A stretch of DNA of 64,000 nt, taken from positions 11,532 through 75,531 of the forward strand of contig DATKKE010000037.1 in NCBI GenBank assembly GCA_035543455.1, given 5' to 3'. Within the stretch, counting starts at the first letter, position 1. Each line of letters opens with the position of its first letter. This document shows positions 1-10,281 of the stretch, one piece after another. Both the position numbers and the translations under genes were made by a program. Under the pieces are notes generated by a model. The model did not search any database, was not told the DNA's origin, and was given only the letters and a program-made list of their open reading frames with translations. Source of the DNA: Methanoregulaceae archaeon (GTDB lineage Archaea > Halobacteriota > Methanomicrobia > Methanomicrobiales > Methanospirillaceae).

Positions 1-177
1 ATCAATCTGTTTGGTGCTGATAAGAACCGGCATCGGGCCGACTCCACCGGCATAAAGGATATCAACTTCTGTACCAGTAGTGTTTGGAAGTGTTGCGGGT
101 GGTTGTACGCAGCCGGCAGACAGGAGTACCAGCATGAGAGCGATACACACAACCGGGAAGGCAACTATTTTTTTCAT
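1..177 (-). CDS. Putative secreted lipoprotein, N-terminal fragment (the gene runs off the window start)
   Basis: The reverse strand reads ATG at 175-177, then MKKIVAFPVVCIALMLVLLSAGCVQPP. This is a signal peptide plus a lipobox-like SAGC. The frame stays open to position 1. Confidence 0.5.
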   Translation of the reverse strand, partial: MKKIVAFPVVCIALMLVLLSAGCVQPPATLPNTTGTEVDILYAGGVGPMPVLISTKQID

Positions 178-378
178 GCCTGTAGTTCTTGCCCTGTCTA
201 TATTTAAATGTGTACTTTAAGGGTAATTTATTTATACAATTGTAAGATTTATGGGGAAATTAATCTACTATATTATAGATTAAATATTATAATTGTCCAA
301 AATCCTGAATTTCAAACATCTGCTGATGTGACAGAAGGCACATCTTTATCTGATTATCGTCCTTATTGTATCTATAGA

Positions 379-912
379 ATGGTACAGATTGACCCAATCG
401 ACCGGCTGATGCGGGCAGCTCTTCTGTCTGATGAAGAGTTTATCGGGGTCCTGAACGAGATCCTGAAAAAAGACTTAAGGATTACGATACGGGAACTTTC
501 CCAGGAAAGCGGGATTGCCCAGAGCTCCCTTTACAAAATCCTCCACAGTAAACGCTCTCCAAACCTTTCGACATTACGGGCCATTGTGCGTGCATTACGA
601 AGGTATTACCGGCATAACGAGGAGGAGTTCATTGGGCTCATTGCTGCCCGGCCGGTGCTCGACATCGTCGTTGAGAGGACTACCGAGGTTGAAGGTCATC
701 GCATAAATATCCGTGAATACCCCGTCCATACGATGGAGGATGCAATTATCGCCGCAGTCCGGGCAGAGAGGGAAGGGGCGATGGCAATCGTCTGTGCACC
801 GATCGTCAGCAGCGTCATAGAACAGCTCGTCCATATCCCGGTCGCAACGATAATTCCAAGGGATTCCGTTCAGCGGGCGATCGAACTCGCTTCCCGAAAG
901 GCGTGGCTTTAA
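379..912 (+). CDS. HTH-type transcriptional regulator (XRE-like HTH plus a conserved archaeal C-terminal domain)
   Basis: The HTH segment is ITIRELSQESGIAQSSLYKILHSKRSPNLSTLRAIV. I chose ATG 379 because the first 57 codons of ORF 208..912 lie in AT-rich, promoter-like sequence. Confidence 0.7.
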   Translation: MVQIDPIDRLMRAALLSDEEFIGVLNEILKKDLRITIRELSQESGIAQSSLYKILHSKRSPNLSTLRAIVRALRRYYRHNEEEFIGLIAARPVLDIVVERTTEVEGHRINIREYPVHTMEDAIIAAVRAEREGAMAIVCAPIVSSVIEQLVHIPVATIIPRDSVQRAIELASRKAWL

Positions 913-954
913 TCTCATTCAAATGACCATTCTTTTACGGAGTGGTATTTGCTG

Positions 955-2430
955 ATGCATGAAGATGTCGTACGAAGGGGGCGACTGTCCGGCGAACGAT
1001 CAGAAGAGCTGAAATCTTTTCTTTCGTCAATGGAGGCCGATAAATGCATTGCACAGGAGGATATCCTGGTGGATATTGCGCATCTCCTCATGCTTTACCG
1101 TCAGAAGATCATTGCAGCGGACCATGCAAAGGCCCTGATGAGGGCGCTCCTGGAACTCCAGAAGAACGGTGTCCCCGACGCAGCATTTGATGACAGGTTT
1201 GAAGATATCCATGCCGGACTTGAATCACTGCTTGTCTCTTCTGCGGGGGAGGATTCAGGCGGCCGGCTCCATATGGGACGGTCGAGAAATGACGAAGTGG
1301 CTGCCTGCATCCGGATAAAACTCCGTAATGAACTGCTCCTGCAGATGGAACTGCTTATCGGGCTCCGTGACATCCTCCTCGACCTTGCCGGACAACATTA
1401 TGATTCGGCGATGCCTGGGTTCACTCATTTCCAGCCTGCGCAGCCTACAACGCTCGCCCATTATCTGCTCTCGTACGAACAGGCATTTGCACGTGATTTT
1501 GAACGTCTTTCCTGCGCCTATACCAGGATAAATATGAGCCCGCTTGGTTCGGCCGCATTTGCTTCGACCGGGTATCCCGTCGACAGGGATTACACCGCAT
1601 CGATCCTCGGTTTCGACGGGCTGGTCCAGAATACCATGGATGCGGTGGCGTCCCGCGACCATGTTCTCGAGGCCCTTGCCGATTATAGCATTTTAATGAC
1701 CACAATAAGCAGGTTGTGCGAAGAACTGGTCGTCTGGAGTTCCCCCCTCATCGGTTTTGTCACGCTTGATGACTCCTTCTGCTCAACAAGTTCGATCATG
1801 CCCCAGAAAAAGAACCCGGATACAGCGGAGATCATGCGGGGAAAAGCAGGATCGGTTCTCGGGGCTTTCACTACCGCGGCAGTGATCGTGAAGGGACTTC
1901 CCATGAGCTACAACCGTGACCTGCAGGAACTGAACCCCCATCTCTGGAGAGCGGTTCGCGATGTTTCGGCAAGTACGGGACTCCTGTCTGCGATACTTAA
2001 GACCAGCACCTTTAACCGGGAAAAAATGAAGGAGAAAGCAGGGGAGGGTTTTTCAACCGCGACAGATCTCGCCGATTTTTTCGTCCGTCAATACGACATG
2101 CCCTTTCGGAAAGCCCACAGTATTGTTGCAAGGGCTGTAAGCCTGGGATCTGTCACTCTTGAGAGTCTGGATCAGGCTGCGGGTGAATTTTCTGAAACGT
2201 CACTCACCGGCAGAGGACTTACGAACGAACAACTGCAGGCAGTCCTTTCGGTCCGCGGCAGCATCGCAGCCCGCAATCATCCCGGGGGACCTGCACCGGA
2301 AGCGACTGCCCGTGCGGTCAGGAGTTCACGGGAGCATCTTATCAGGGACAAAGATCTCCTGGCAACACGAAAGCAGGCATTATCACGAGCGATTGAGAAG
2401 ATGCTCAAAGAGGCAGGGAGGCTTGTATAA
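955..2430 (+). CDS. argH: Argininosuccinate lyase
   Basis: It carries the fumarate-lyase signature SSIMPQKKNPD and the GRSRNDEV motif, at about 490 aa. ATG 955 lies two codons inside the TTG-initiated ORF. Confidence 0.95.
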   Translation: MHEDVVRRGRLSGERSEELKSFLSSMEADKCIAQEDILVDIAHLLMLYRQKIIAADHAKALMRALLELQKNGVPDAAFDDRFEDIHAGLESLLVSSAGEDSGGRLHMGRSRNDEVAACIRIKLRNELLLQMELLIGLRDILLDLAGQHYDSAMPGFTHFQPAQPTTLAHYLLSYEQAFARDFERLSCAYTRINMSPLGSAAFASTGYPVDRDYTASILGFDGLVQNTMDAVASRDHVLEALADYSILMTTISRLCEELVVWSSPLIGFVTLDDSFCSTSSIMPQKKNPDTAEIMRGKAGSVLGAFTTAAVIVKGLPMSYNRDLQELNPHLWRAVRDVSASTGLLSAILKTSTFNREKMKEKAGEGFSTATDLADFFVRQYDMPFRKAHSIVARAVSLGSVTLESLDQAAGEFSETSLTGRGLTNEQLQAVLSVRGSIAARNHPGGPAPEATARAVRSSREHLIRDKDLLATRKQALSRAIEKMLKEAGRLV

Positions 2431-2433
2431 ATA

Positions 2434-3669
2434 ATGGAACAGTTGGAGACCGGTGACCGCCTGGAATGCGCGTATGGGGGAATCACCCTCAAAGGGACTT
2501 TCATTACCGTGCGGGACGGCAAAACCGTCGTCAAACTCGACAGCGGTTATAATATCGGGATAAGCAGGGAATACTGTCGCCGTATCGAACGATCCGCCCC
2601 GGTTCCGAGGGAGGGCAAACCGGCTGTCCAGAATACATCCCTCCCTGTCTTATCGATTATTTCGACAGGCGGCACCATTGCAAGCCGTATCGATTACCGG
2701 ACCGGAGCAGTTACCAGCCAGTTCGATGCGGACGATATCCTCCGGGCAATTCCAGGACTATCGGGGATTGCGCAGTACCGGACCAGACAGCTGTATACTA
2801 TTCTGTCAGAGAACATGACCCCTGCCATCTGGCAGGAACTGGCAACTGCAATTTATGAGGAGATCCGAAATGGAGCCACCGGTATCATCGTAACCCACGG
2901 GACCGACACCATGGCGTACAGCGCTGCCGCGGTGAGTTTTATGCTCGATACACCCGTGCCGGTGGTGTTCGTAGGATCCCAGCGATCGGCAGACCGCCCG
3001 AGCAGCGATAACACCATGAATGCCCTCTGTAGCGCCGCAGCAGCAGTCAGCCAGCTCGGTGAAGTGGTCGTGGTGATGCATGCTTCAACAAGTGACGACC
3101 GCTGTGCGATTCACCGCGCAACAAGGGTAAGAAAAATGCATACTTCCCGGCGGGACGCCTTCCAGAGTATCGGGTCGCAGCCCCTCGGCTATGTCGAATA
3201 CCCTTCTCTGGACGTCAGGCTTTCAGGGGATGCGAAAACAAGGACCCTGTGTGAACCAGGGATCAGGACAGCGCTTGACGAGAACTGCCGGCTGGTATAT
3301 TTTTATCCAGGTATGCCCCCGGAAATACTTCCAGGGCCTGGAGAAGTCAACGGGCTCGTTCTTGGAGGAACGGGACTTGGGCATGTAAGTACGGCATGGA
3401 TCCCGGCGCTTGGACGGCTGATAGATTCCGGGACCGAAGTGATGATGACATCGCAATGCCTGCACGGACGCGTGTGCGACCGGGTCTACGATACCGGGCG
3501 CGACCTGATCGATATAGGCGTCATAGAAGGTGAGGACACCCTGCCTGAGGCGGCGTTGGTAAAAATGATGTGGGTCCTCGGGAACGAAAAAGATCGGGAG
3601 AAAAGGAGGAAGCTGCTGTCTTCGGATCTGAGAGGGGAGTACAATAAGAGGTCCTTCCATGGATTATGA
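2434..3669 (+). CDS. gatD: Glu-tRNA(Gln) amidotransferase subunit D
   Basis: It has the asparaginase-type motifs STGGTIAS and THGTDTM after a GatD-type N-terminal domain. It overlaps gatE by 11 nt. Confidence 0.95.
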   Translation: MEQLETGDRLECAYGGITLKGTFITVRDGKTVVKLDSGYNIGISREYCRRIERSAPVPREGKPAVQNTSLPVLSIISTGGTIASRIDYRTGAVTSQFDADDILRAIPGLSGIAQYRTRQLYTILSENMTPAIWQELATAIYEEIRNGATGIIVTHGTDTMAYSAAAVSFMLDTPVPVVFVGSQRSADRPSSDNTMNALCSAAAAVSQLGEVVVVMHASTSDDRCAIHRATRVRKMHTSRRDAFQSIGSQPLGYVEYPSLDVRLSGDAKTRTLCEPGIRTALDENCRLVYFYPGMPPEILPGPGEVNGLVLGGTGLGHVSTAWIPALGRLIDSGTEVMMTSQCLHGRVCDRVYDTGRDLIDIGVIEGEDTLPEAALVKMMWVLGNEKDREKRRKLLSSDLRGEYNKRSFHGL

Positions 3670-5494
3670 AGAATGCGGACTGGTCGCCGGTATTGAAATT
3701 CACCAGCAACTCGATACCAGGGGAAAACTGTTCTGCCGGTGCCCGACACTGCTCCGGAAAACGGAGGAGCATAGCGGAGTGTTCCACCGGTATCTCCGTG
3801 CGACGGAGAGCGAGCTCGGCGAGATCGATGATGCGGCAAAGGAAGAGATGAAGAGTGAGAGAAAGTTCACGTATTTCACCTACGATACCACATGCCTCGT
3901 CGAGAATGATGAGGAACCTCCCTCCCCTCTCAACCGGGAAGCACTTGGACTCAGCCTGACCATCGCCAAGATGTTCGGTATGACACCCGTCGAACAGATC
4001 AATACGATGCGAAAACTCGTTATTGATGGTTCGAATACCAGCGGCTTCCAGAGGACGGCACTTATCGCGCTGAACGGAAAACTTCCGAACGGTGGCCGGA
4101 TTGAGACCCTGTGCCTCGAGGAAGAAGCTGCCCAGAGAGTCGATGGAGATATCTTTTCCCTCGACCGGCTTGGGATTCCGCTCGTCGAGATCACGACGTC
4201 ACCCTGCCTGCACTCCCCTGAGGAGGTGAAAGAAACCGCATGGTACCTGGGGATGGTCCTCCGCTCGACGGGTAAGGTTAAACGCGGACTCGGTACGATA
4301 CGTCAGGACATCAATGTCTCGATAAAGGACGGCGCCCGCGTGGAGATCAAGGGTGTACAGGAATTAGACCTCGTCCCGGAAGTTGTGAAACGTGAGGTCC
4401 TGCGACAGCAGAACCTGATCGATATCAGGGAAGAACTCAGGAGACGGGATGCATGCGTCGACGGGGAGCACTACGATGTCACCCGTCTTTTCCAGGAAAC
4501 CAAATCCACGATCCTTAAACGCGCAAAACAAATTCTTGCAGTTCGTCTAAGGGGATATAACGGCCTTGTGGGCCGCGAAATACAACCTGGGCGAAGACTC
4601 GGTACAGAATTGTCCGATTATGCAAAGAAATGCGGAGTCGGTGGTATATTTCATACCGATGAACTCCCTGCATATGGTATAACAAGTGCAGAGACTGAAA
4701 AGCTTTATACGTTGCTTGACGCGTCGGAATGCGACTGCATAGTAATCGTTGCAGGATCATCCATTCAGGCTGTTTGCGCGGCGAACCAGGTGATCAGGAG
4801 GGCTCAAATGGCGCTTTCTGGGGTCCCTGAAGAGACGAGGAAGATGCTCGAAGGAGGAAGCACGGGCTATATGAGACCGCTTCCCGGTGCGGCCAGGATG
4901 TATCCCGAAACCGATGTGCTTCCTGTACTCGTGGAGAAATCCCGCTGGGACAGGATCCCCCTGCCTACCATCCTCACCGAACGGGCGAAGCGCTTTACCA
5001 TGGAACTTGGTATCGACGAGGGCCTGGCCCGGCAACTCGCATTTTCAGAACGGCTTCCCTTGTTCGAGCGGGCTGTTACAGAAAAGATCAACCCTAATGT
5101 CGCCGCGAGGACTGTTCTTGCAACACTGAAAGAAATTGCGCGGGACGGGGTCGATGTAACCGGGATATCTGATGACCAGGTCATTGCAGTTCTTTTAGCA
5201 GTCGAATCGGGCAAAGCAGCGAAGGAAGCGATTCCCGATCTCCTCCGGTCTATCGTGTCCGGGAATTCGGTTGAAATGGCGTTGGGGAAATGTGCTCCGG
5301 GTATCAGGAATGAGGACCTGCAGGTACTGATCGCAGGGATTGTTGAAGATCGGGCCGATTTTATACGGGAACGTGGTCTGGGATCCGTCGGCCCTCTTAT
5401 GGGCGTCGTGATGGAGACTGTCCGCGGTTCGGCTGATGGCAGGGTCGTAAGCGAGCTTCTGAAGAAGGAAATCACCCGAATCCTCTCTTCGTAA
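3659..5494 (+). CDS. gatE: Glu-tRNA(Gln) amidotransferase subunit E
   Basis: This is a 611-aa GatB/GatE-family protein (GLVAGIEIHQQL N-terminus, insertion domain, C-terminal tail). It is translationally coupled to gatD, and the gatD-gatE pair is archaea-specific. Confidence 0.95.
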   Translation: MDYEECGLVAGIEIHQQLDTRGKLFCRCPTLLRKTEEHSGVFHRYLRATESELGEIDDAAKEEMKSERKFTYFTYDTTCLVENDEEPPSPLNREALGLSLTIAKMFGMTPVEQINTMRKLVIDGSNTSGFQRTALIALNGKLPNGGRIETLCLEEEAAQRVDGDIFSLDRLGIPLVEITTSPCLHSPEEVKETAWYLGMVLRSTGKVKRGLGTIRQDINVSIKDGARVEIKGVQELDLVPEVVKREVLRQQNLIDIREELRRRDACVDGEHYDVTRLFQETKSTILKRAKQILAVRLRGYNGLVGREIQPGRRLGTELSDYAKKCGVGGIFHTDELPAYGITSAETEKLYTLLDASECDCIVIVAGSSIQAVCAANQVIRRAQMALSGVPEETRKMLEGGSTGYMRPLPGAARMYPETDVLPVLVEKSRWDRIPLPTILTERAKRFTMELGIDEGLARQLAFSERLPLFERAVTEKINPNVAARTVLATLKEIARDGVDVTGISDDQVIAVLLAVESGKAAKEAIPDLLRSIVSGNSVEMALGKCAPGIRNEDLQVLIAGIVEDRADFIRERGLGSVGPLMGVVMETVRGSADGRVVSELLKKEITRILSS

Positions 5495-5497
5495 CGC

Positions 5498-5504
5498 TTT
5501 TTTT
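5498..5504 (+). terminator. Oligo-T (T7) archaeal-type terminator after gatE
   Basis: A run of 7 T starts 4 nt after the gatE stop codon. Confidence 0.4.
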
Positions 5505-5597
5505 CGACAAAATCATCAGTTCGCGTAGATCTCAAAACAGGGAAACGGGAGAAACTATAAGAAGAATCCCCAAGAAATAAAGTAAGGAGTTTTTCAT

Positions 5598-5915
5598 ATG
5601 GGCAAAACAGGAATCACCCAATGGGTTCAGGTAAAAGGCGTAAAAGGCCAGATAAGACTTGTACCAAAGTCTGAAGGAGAATTAAAGAGAGCAGGGCCGA
5701 ACCAGCGGTTCAGGGCAGGCGCCACCGTTAAGAAACTCGAACAGCTGTCAGGGGACCAGGGCAGGCCGGGAGGCCGTGGCGGCAGAGGTGGACGCGGCGG
5801 ACGGGGCGGCGGAAGAGGGAGAGATATGGCGCACCCGGCAGACTCTATCGTCAGGAGAGCAATGCGCCGGGCTAAAGTGTCTGTTATGGGCGCAAAACAG
5901 AAATCAGCCCGTTAA
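5598..5915 (+). CDS. Small, highly basic protein with a central RGG repeat tract
   Basis: AAGGAG lies 8 nt upstream of the ATG. The 105-aa product contains GRPGGRGGRGGRGGRGGGRGR, and a T8 run follows at 5971-5978. Confidence 0.7.
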   Translation: MGKTGITQWVQVKGVKGQIRLVPKSEGELKRAGPNQRFRAGATVKKLEQLSGDQGRPGGRGGRGGRGGRGGGRGRDMAHPADSIVRRAMRRAKVSVMGAKQKSAR

Positions 5916-6018
5916 CCTGGAATATAACGATAACAATGCGGCCTGTAGAGGATCTCTTCCGGGTCTGCCATTTTTTTTAGTCCAAAACTATCTTGTATCA
6001 GGGGGAATTCTATTGAGT

Positions 6019-6375
6019 ATGGATCTTAAATCTGCCGTTCTAAGTTATCAGTTTGCAGAAAGGGCAAAAAGTGAGTTGATCGTCTGTTCCCAACTTATCA
6101 TTGCCCTTGGAAGTTTTCCAAAAGCCGAGCAGGCCGGCGGCCGCAGGATGCTGATCATGGTACTCGAAGCAACGAGGTCTGAACTTGAATTTGCCCGGAA
6201 ATCGACTGAAAAATCAGAATTCCGGAAAGCCTCCGACCTTCTTTCTCAAGCGATCAGTCTCGCCGAGAGCGATGAATACGGGGCGGCTGCCCTCAGGGTG
6301 AGCGAAGCGGTCTCTGCATCGACTACCGTCGCACAGGAATCCTGGCAGGTACTCAACGAGCATGGAATCCTCTGA
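6019..6375 (+). CDS. Hypothetical helical protein (118 aa)
   Basis: This is the in-frame ATG 6019 within ORF 5776..6375; the upstream part of that ORF overlaps the RGG gene. It overlaps the next gene start by 14 nt, which suggests coupling. I recognised no family. Confidence 0.45.
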   Translation: MDLKSAVLSYQFAERAKSELIVCSQLIIALGSFPKAEQAGGRRMLIMVLEATRSELEFARKSTEKSEFRKASDLLSQAISLAESDEYGAAALRVSEAVSASTTVAQESWQVLNEHGIL

Positions 6376-6889
6376 ATTCCTGGATTTTTTAACGACGCGA
6401 ACATCTGTCCGGGATTATTCCAGCGACGAGATACATGAGGATTCCATTGTTTTTATCCTTGATTGTGCGAACACGGCGCCAAGTGCCGGAAACCTGGAAT
6501 CCTGGGACGTGGTCGTCGTCAGGGACCCTGAACAGAAGGAAGCCCTCGCTGCAGCGGCATACGACCAGAACCATGTCAGGGATGCCCCTGTTCTTTTTGT
6601 CGTCTGTGCCAACTATGTCAGATCCATGTCCCGGTATGGCGATCGTGGCATCCTGTATGCTGTTCAGGATGCAACGATTGCATGCTCGTACATGATGCTT
6701 GCAAGCCATGCGCTGCGCCTCTCGTCATGCTGGGTAGGGGCCCTCGACGAGGATGAAGTACGGGACATACTGTCCCTTCCACCGCATATCAGGCCCCTTG
6801 CCATCCTCACCGTGGGAACCGGCCGTGCAAGAGCCGGCCTGACGGGACGAATGGCGATAGGCGAACACGTGCATATGGACAGCTGGTAA
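6362..6889 (+). CDS. Nitroreductase family protein
   Basis: The 175-aa product has a typical nitroreductase N-terminus (RTSVRDYS, TAPSAGNLESW) and core. Confidence 0.85.
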   Translation: MESSEFLDFLTTRTSVRDYSSDEIHEDSIVFILDCANTAPSAGNLESWDVVVVRDPEQKEALAAAAYDQNHVRDAPVLFVVCANYVRSMSRYGDRGILYAVQDATIACSYMMLASHALRLSSCWVGALDEDEVRDILSLPPHIRPLAILTVGTGRARAGLTGRMAIGEHVHMDSW

Positions 6890-6928
6890 ACCGAAAAGTA
6901 CAGGAAAGAAAAAAGGAGATGAAAAAAT

Positions 6929-7267
6929 TTGCCCGATTACCTCGTGATCCTTGAATCCGCATGGATTATCAGGGATGTGAAGTCTCTCGACGATGCAATT
7001 GGTATTGCGATAAGCGAGGCGGGGAAACGCTTAAACCCCCAGGCCAAATATGTGGAAATAGAAGCGGGAATCCTTGAATGCCCATTCTGCGAAGGAGAGC
7101 TGAACAGCGCCATCGTGGTCGCAGATACGGCACTCGTCGGCCTGTCCCTCGAGATGAAGGTATTCCGGGCCGAAACGCCCGAGCATGCGTCGAGGATAGC
7201 CAGGTCGGTAATCGGCAAAGCCCTTCGTGATGTCCCCCTTACGGTGAAGGACGTGCAGGAATTATGA
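6929..7267 (+). CDS. UPF0212/DUF555-like archaeal protein
   Basis: The 112-aa product contains [15 protein letters not shown] and a CPFC motif, as I recall for UPF0212. It starts at TTG, with GGAG 12 nt upstream. Confidence 0.6.
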   Translation: MPDYLVILESAWIIRDVKSLDDAIGIAISEAGKRLNPQAKYVEIEAGILECPFCEGELNSAIVVADTALVGLSLEMKVFRAETPEHASRIARSVIGKALRDVPLTVKDVQEL

Positions 7268-8145
7268 TCACCGTCGTCGGGCATACGGCAATCGACTATA
7301 TATGCCGTGTACCGAGATTCCCCCCGGTAAACGGGTCCATCCATATCCTTGACAGGAAAATATATTTCGGAGGCGGGGCGGCAAATATCGCCGCTGGCAT
7401 AGCGATGCTTGGGGAACCCTGTACATTGCTCAGCGCGGTTGGCGGTGACTTCCCTGGCGGCGATTATGAAAAATGGATGGAACAACTAGGAATAACACGG
7501 CAGTTTTTCCAGGTTGACGGGGAGAACACGGCAACGGCGTTCATGTTTACCGACAAACAGGGTGACCAGATAACATTCTTTGAATGGGGTGCTTCTTCCG
7601 CATTTTCCAGGGAAGAAGCGCCCGCGCTTCCTTTCGTCCACATGGCAACGGCAGATCCGGAGTTCAATACAAAAATCGCGGAAAGAAGTGAATTTGCATC
7701 GTTCGACCCCGGCCAGGACCTGCACCGCTATTCAAAAGAACAACTCGGGACAATTCTCGATCATATTGACATTCTTATTGCAAACCACCATGAAATAGGC
7801 GGGATGGAGAAGATCCTGTCCAGTACGAAGAGGGAAATTGTCACCCGGGTGCCCCTTGCCGTGGTCACGATGGGAACCGGTGGGAGTATTCTGTACCGGA
7901 AAGGTCGTGCCGAAGAACCCGTCCCTGTCGTCCCGGTAAGGATGGCAGACCCTACCGGGGCAGGGGATTCCTATCGTGCCGGTTTCCTGACGGCGTTTTC
8001 CCGGGGTTACGATCCCCTGACAGCCTGCCGGGTGGGTACGGTTACCGCGTCATTCGTCGTGGAAAAAACCGGCTGCCAGACAAATCTCCCGTCGTGGGAC
8101 CAGATGAAGGAGCGGTACCGGGTGGTTTTTGGCGATCTAACCTGA
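7264..8145 (+). CDS. PfkB-family carbohydrate/nucleoside kinase
   Basis: It has the ribokinase-like fold motifs GGGAANIA and [13 protein letters not shown]. It overlaps the previous gene by 4 nt. Confidence 0.85.
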   Translation: MITVVGHTAIDYICRVPRFPPVNGSIHILDRKIYFGGGAANIAAGIAMLGEPCTLLSAVGGDFPGGDYEKWMEQLGITRQFFQVDGENTATAFMFTDKQGDQITFFEWGASSAFSREEAPALPFVHMATADPEFNTKIAERSEFASFDPGQDLHRYSKEQLGTILDHIDILIANHHEIGGMEKILSSTKREIVTRVPLAVVTMGTGGSILYRKGRAEEPVPVVPVRMADPTGAGDSYRAGFLTAFSRGYDPLTACRVGTVTASFVVEKTGCQTNLPSWDQMKERYRVVFGDLT

Positions 8146-8689
8146 ATATCAGGATTCGGTAAGACATTTCCCGGGATCGTACATTCGCAGGGTCTCGCGA
8201 TTCGCGAAGATGAAGTGAAACCGATAGAATCTTTTTTTGCATAATATCTGCGGCACGTGGTTTGCCAGTCTTTTGTGTACCTCGTCTCCTGCGGACAGGA
8301 ACCCCATTTACCATTGCATTGCTCAGTGCTATGGTTCTGGTTACCGTTACCCGTTGATAATATGGTTGGCAGATCTGTTCTCCCCCGTTTCCTGCAGGTA
8401 TCCCCATTATCAGTGTTATCTCATAGCTTTCCAGACATGGTGATTAATCAAACAATTGAGTCAAACCGTACTTTTTGCAAATAATTTTTAATCAGAAAAA
8501 TCTGTATGAAACAGGGAATTTCCACAGAATACGTCATACAAATAGTCACTATGCAAAAACAATTTCACAATTCGTCCTTTGCCTTCAATTGTCCAAAAAA
8601 TGTTGTTGCAAATAATAGGGACACAGGTAAGAATTAATTCCTCAGGCCGACAGGAGTATCTCCTATACCCTTAACCACGGGAGGAGAAC

Positions 8690-10261
8690 ATGGATCACCC
8701 TACAGCCTTCACCTATGTGAACCAGCCGGAAGACGAATCAGCGGACCAGGAGTACGAGAAAGCCCTTGTCAGGGTTATGTCAGGGTTTGGCGAAGCACAT
8801 CCCCTCTGGATTGGAAAGGAGAAGGTGATCGCCGGCTCTGAATTTGAGGTTCGTGCACCATTCGACCGGAATCTGCTTATCGGATCGTTCCAGAATTGCG
8901 AAATGGAACATATCGACCGGGCCATTTCCCAGGCGAACGATGGATTTGAAACATGGGGACGCCATTCCTGGGAAGAGCGGGTTACTATAGCAGAAAAAAT
9001 TGCGGATGTCCTGGAGAGCTGGAAATATGATCTTTCAGCCATTATCACCTGCGAATCCGGAAAACCTCGTCCCGAGGCGATAGCAGAGGCCCGTGAAGCA
9101 GTCGATCTGATCAGGTACCATTGCAGTGTCTACCGTGAACATAATGGATTTATTTCACCGATGCAGCCAGAAAGCGAGAACGCAGAGAGTACCAGCGTAA
9201 TGCGGCCGTATGGCGTTTTTGCAGTGATCTCGCCCTTTAACTTTCCCCTTTCGCTTGCGACGGGGATGGCATGTTCGGCGCTCCTCACAGGAAACAGTGT
9301 GATTTTGAAACCTGCAAGTGCAACACCTCTCACCTCCTTATGGCTGTACCGGGCATGTATCATGGCCGGGGTGCCCCACGATACTGTTCACTACCTGACC
9401 GGGCCCGGGGAGAGATTTGGTGAGGTAATTACCGGACATGCTGGTATCGCGGGCATCGCCTTTACCGGGTCACGCGATGCCGGAAACTGGATAAACCGTA
9501 CGTTCCAGGAACGGCAACCATACAAGAAACCGGTAATTCTGGAACTGGGAAGTAAGAACCCTGTTATCGTTACGGGGAATGCGGATGTCGAAAAAGCGGC
9601 AGAAGGTGTTTTTAAGTCGGCGTACGGGTATTGTGGACAAAAATGCAGTGCCACCTCGCGGGTCTATGTTCAGGAAGATGTTGCCGGACAATTCATCGAC
9701 CTGTTACGGGAGAGGACCGAGGCTCTTCGTGTCGGGGATCCCCGTCTCAAAGATATCTTTAACGGCCCGCTGATAGACCGCCATGCCGTTGAACGGTATG
9801 TCGAAGCTGTTTCTCTGGCCCGGAACGACGGCATATCGGTTGTCACCGGCGGGGGAGTCATGACGGGTGGAATGTATGAAAGAGGGTACTTTGTACAACC
9901 CACGATACTCGCCGGAGTTCCTGAAGATCATTTCCTAGTGAAGAATGAGTTGTTTATTCCCCTCGTCGTAGTCAATACATTTTCTACCTTGCCGGAGGCG
10001 CTCCGGAAAGCAAACAATTCATATTACGGGCTTACCGCTGGAATCTTTTCGGAAGATGATGAAGAGGTGGCATATTTCTTTGATACTATCCAGTCCGGTG
10101 TGACCTATGCAAACAGGCGGGGTGGTGCGACAACCGGTGCATGGCCCGGCTCGCAGCCTTTCGGGGGGTGGAAAGCGAGCGGGTCCACCGGCAAGGGAGT
10201 AGGCGGACCCTGGTATCTCCTCTCCTATCTTCGTGAACAGGCAAGGACGAGGATCAGATAA
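8690..10261 (+). CDS. Aldehyde dehydrogenase family protein (1-pyrroline-5-carboxylate dehydrogenase-like)
   Basis: The 523-aa product has the ALDH motifs FNFPLSL, ELGSKNP and GQKCSATSR. A GGGAGGAG ribosome-binding site precedes the ATG. Confidence 0.88.
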   Translation: MDHPTAFTYVNQPEDESADQEYEKALVRVMSGFGEAHPLWIGKEKVIAGSEFEVRAPFDRNLLIGSFQNCEMEHIDRAISQANDGFETWGRHSWEERVTIAEKIADVLESWKYDLSAIITCESGKPRPEAIAEAREAVDLIRYHCSVYREHNGFISPMQPESENAESTSVMRPYGVFAVISPFNFPLSLATGMACSALLTGNSVILKPASATPLTSLWLYRACIMAGVPHDTVHYLTGPGERFGEVITGHAGIAGIAFTGSRDAGNWINRTFQERQPYKKPVILELGSKNPVIVTGNADVEKAAEGVFKSAYGYCGQKCSATSRVYVQEDVAGQFIDLLRERTEALRVGDPRLKDIFNGPLIDRHAVERYVEAVSLARNDGISVVTGGGVMTGGMYERGYFVQPTILAGVPEDHFLVKNELFIPLVVVNTFSTLPEALRKANNSYYGLTAGIFSEDDEEVAYFFDTIQSGVTYANRRGGATTGAWPGSQPFGGWKASGSTGKGVGGPWYLLSYLREQARTRIR

Positions 10262-10281
10262 TACCATTGGGCTGCAGAGAT

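Noticed and set aside
208-378. N-terminal extension of the HTH regulator ORF; likewise 21169..21465, 5776..6018, 28420..28554 and 49413..49541.
   Set aside because: The extensions are AT-rich or overlap upstream genes, and they encode implausible peptide. Internal ATGs give canonical N-termini (signal peptide, lipobox, domain start), so I used the shorter models.
4867-5535. 222-aa minus-strand ORF over the 3' end of gatE.
   Set aside because: It is a shadow ORF antisense to gatE. Its Ser/Arg/Pro-rich composition is typical of non-coding frames.
8146-8689. A 540-bp non-coding region upstream of the aldehyde dehydrogenase gene. I checked it for tRNA, a riboswitch or a small gene.
   Set aside because: I saw no cloverleaf-compatible sequence, no GTTCGAATC-type T-loop and no convincing structure or ORF. 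ORFs 8042..8407, 8237..8443 and 8257..8484 have odd composition. I cannot support a feature without covariance-model scans.
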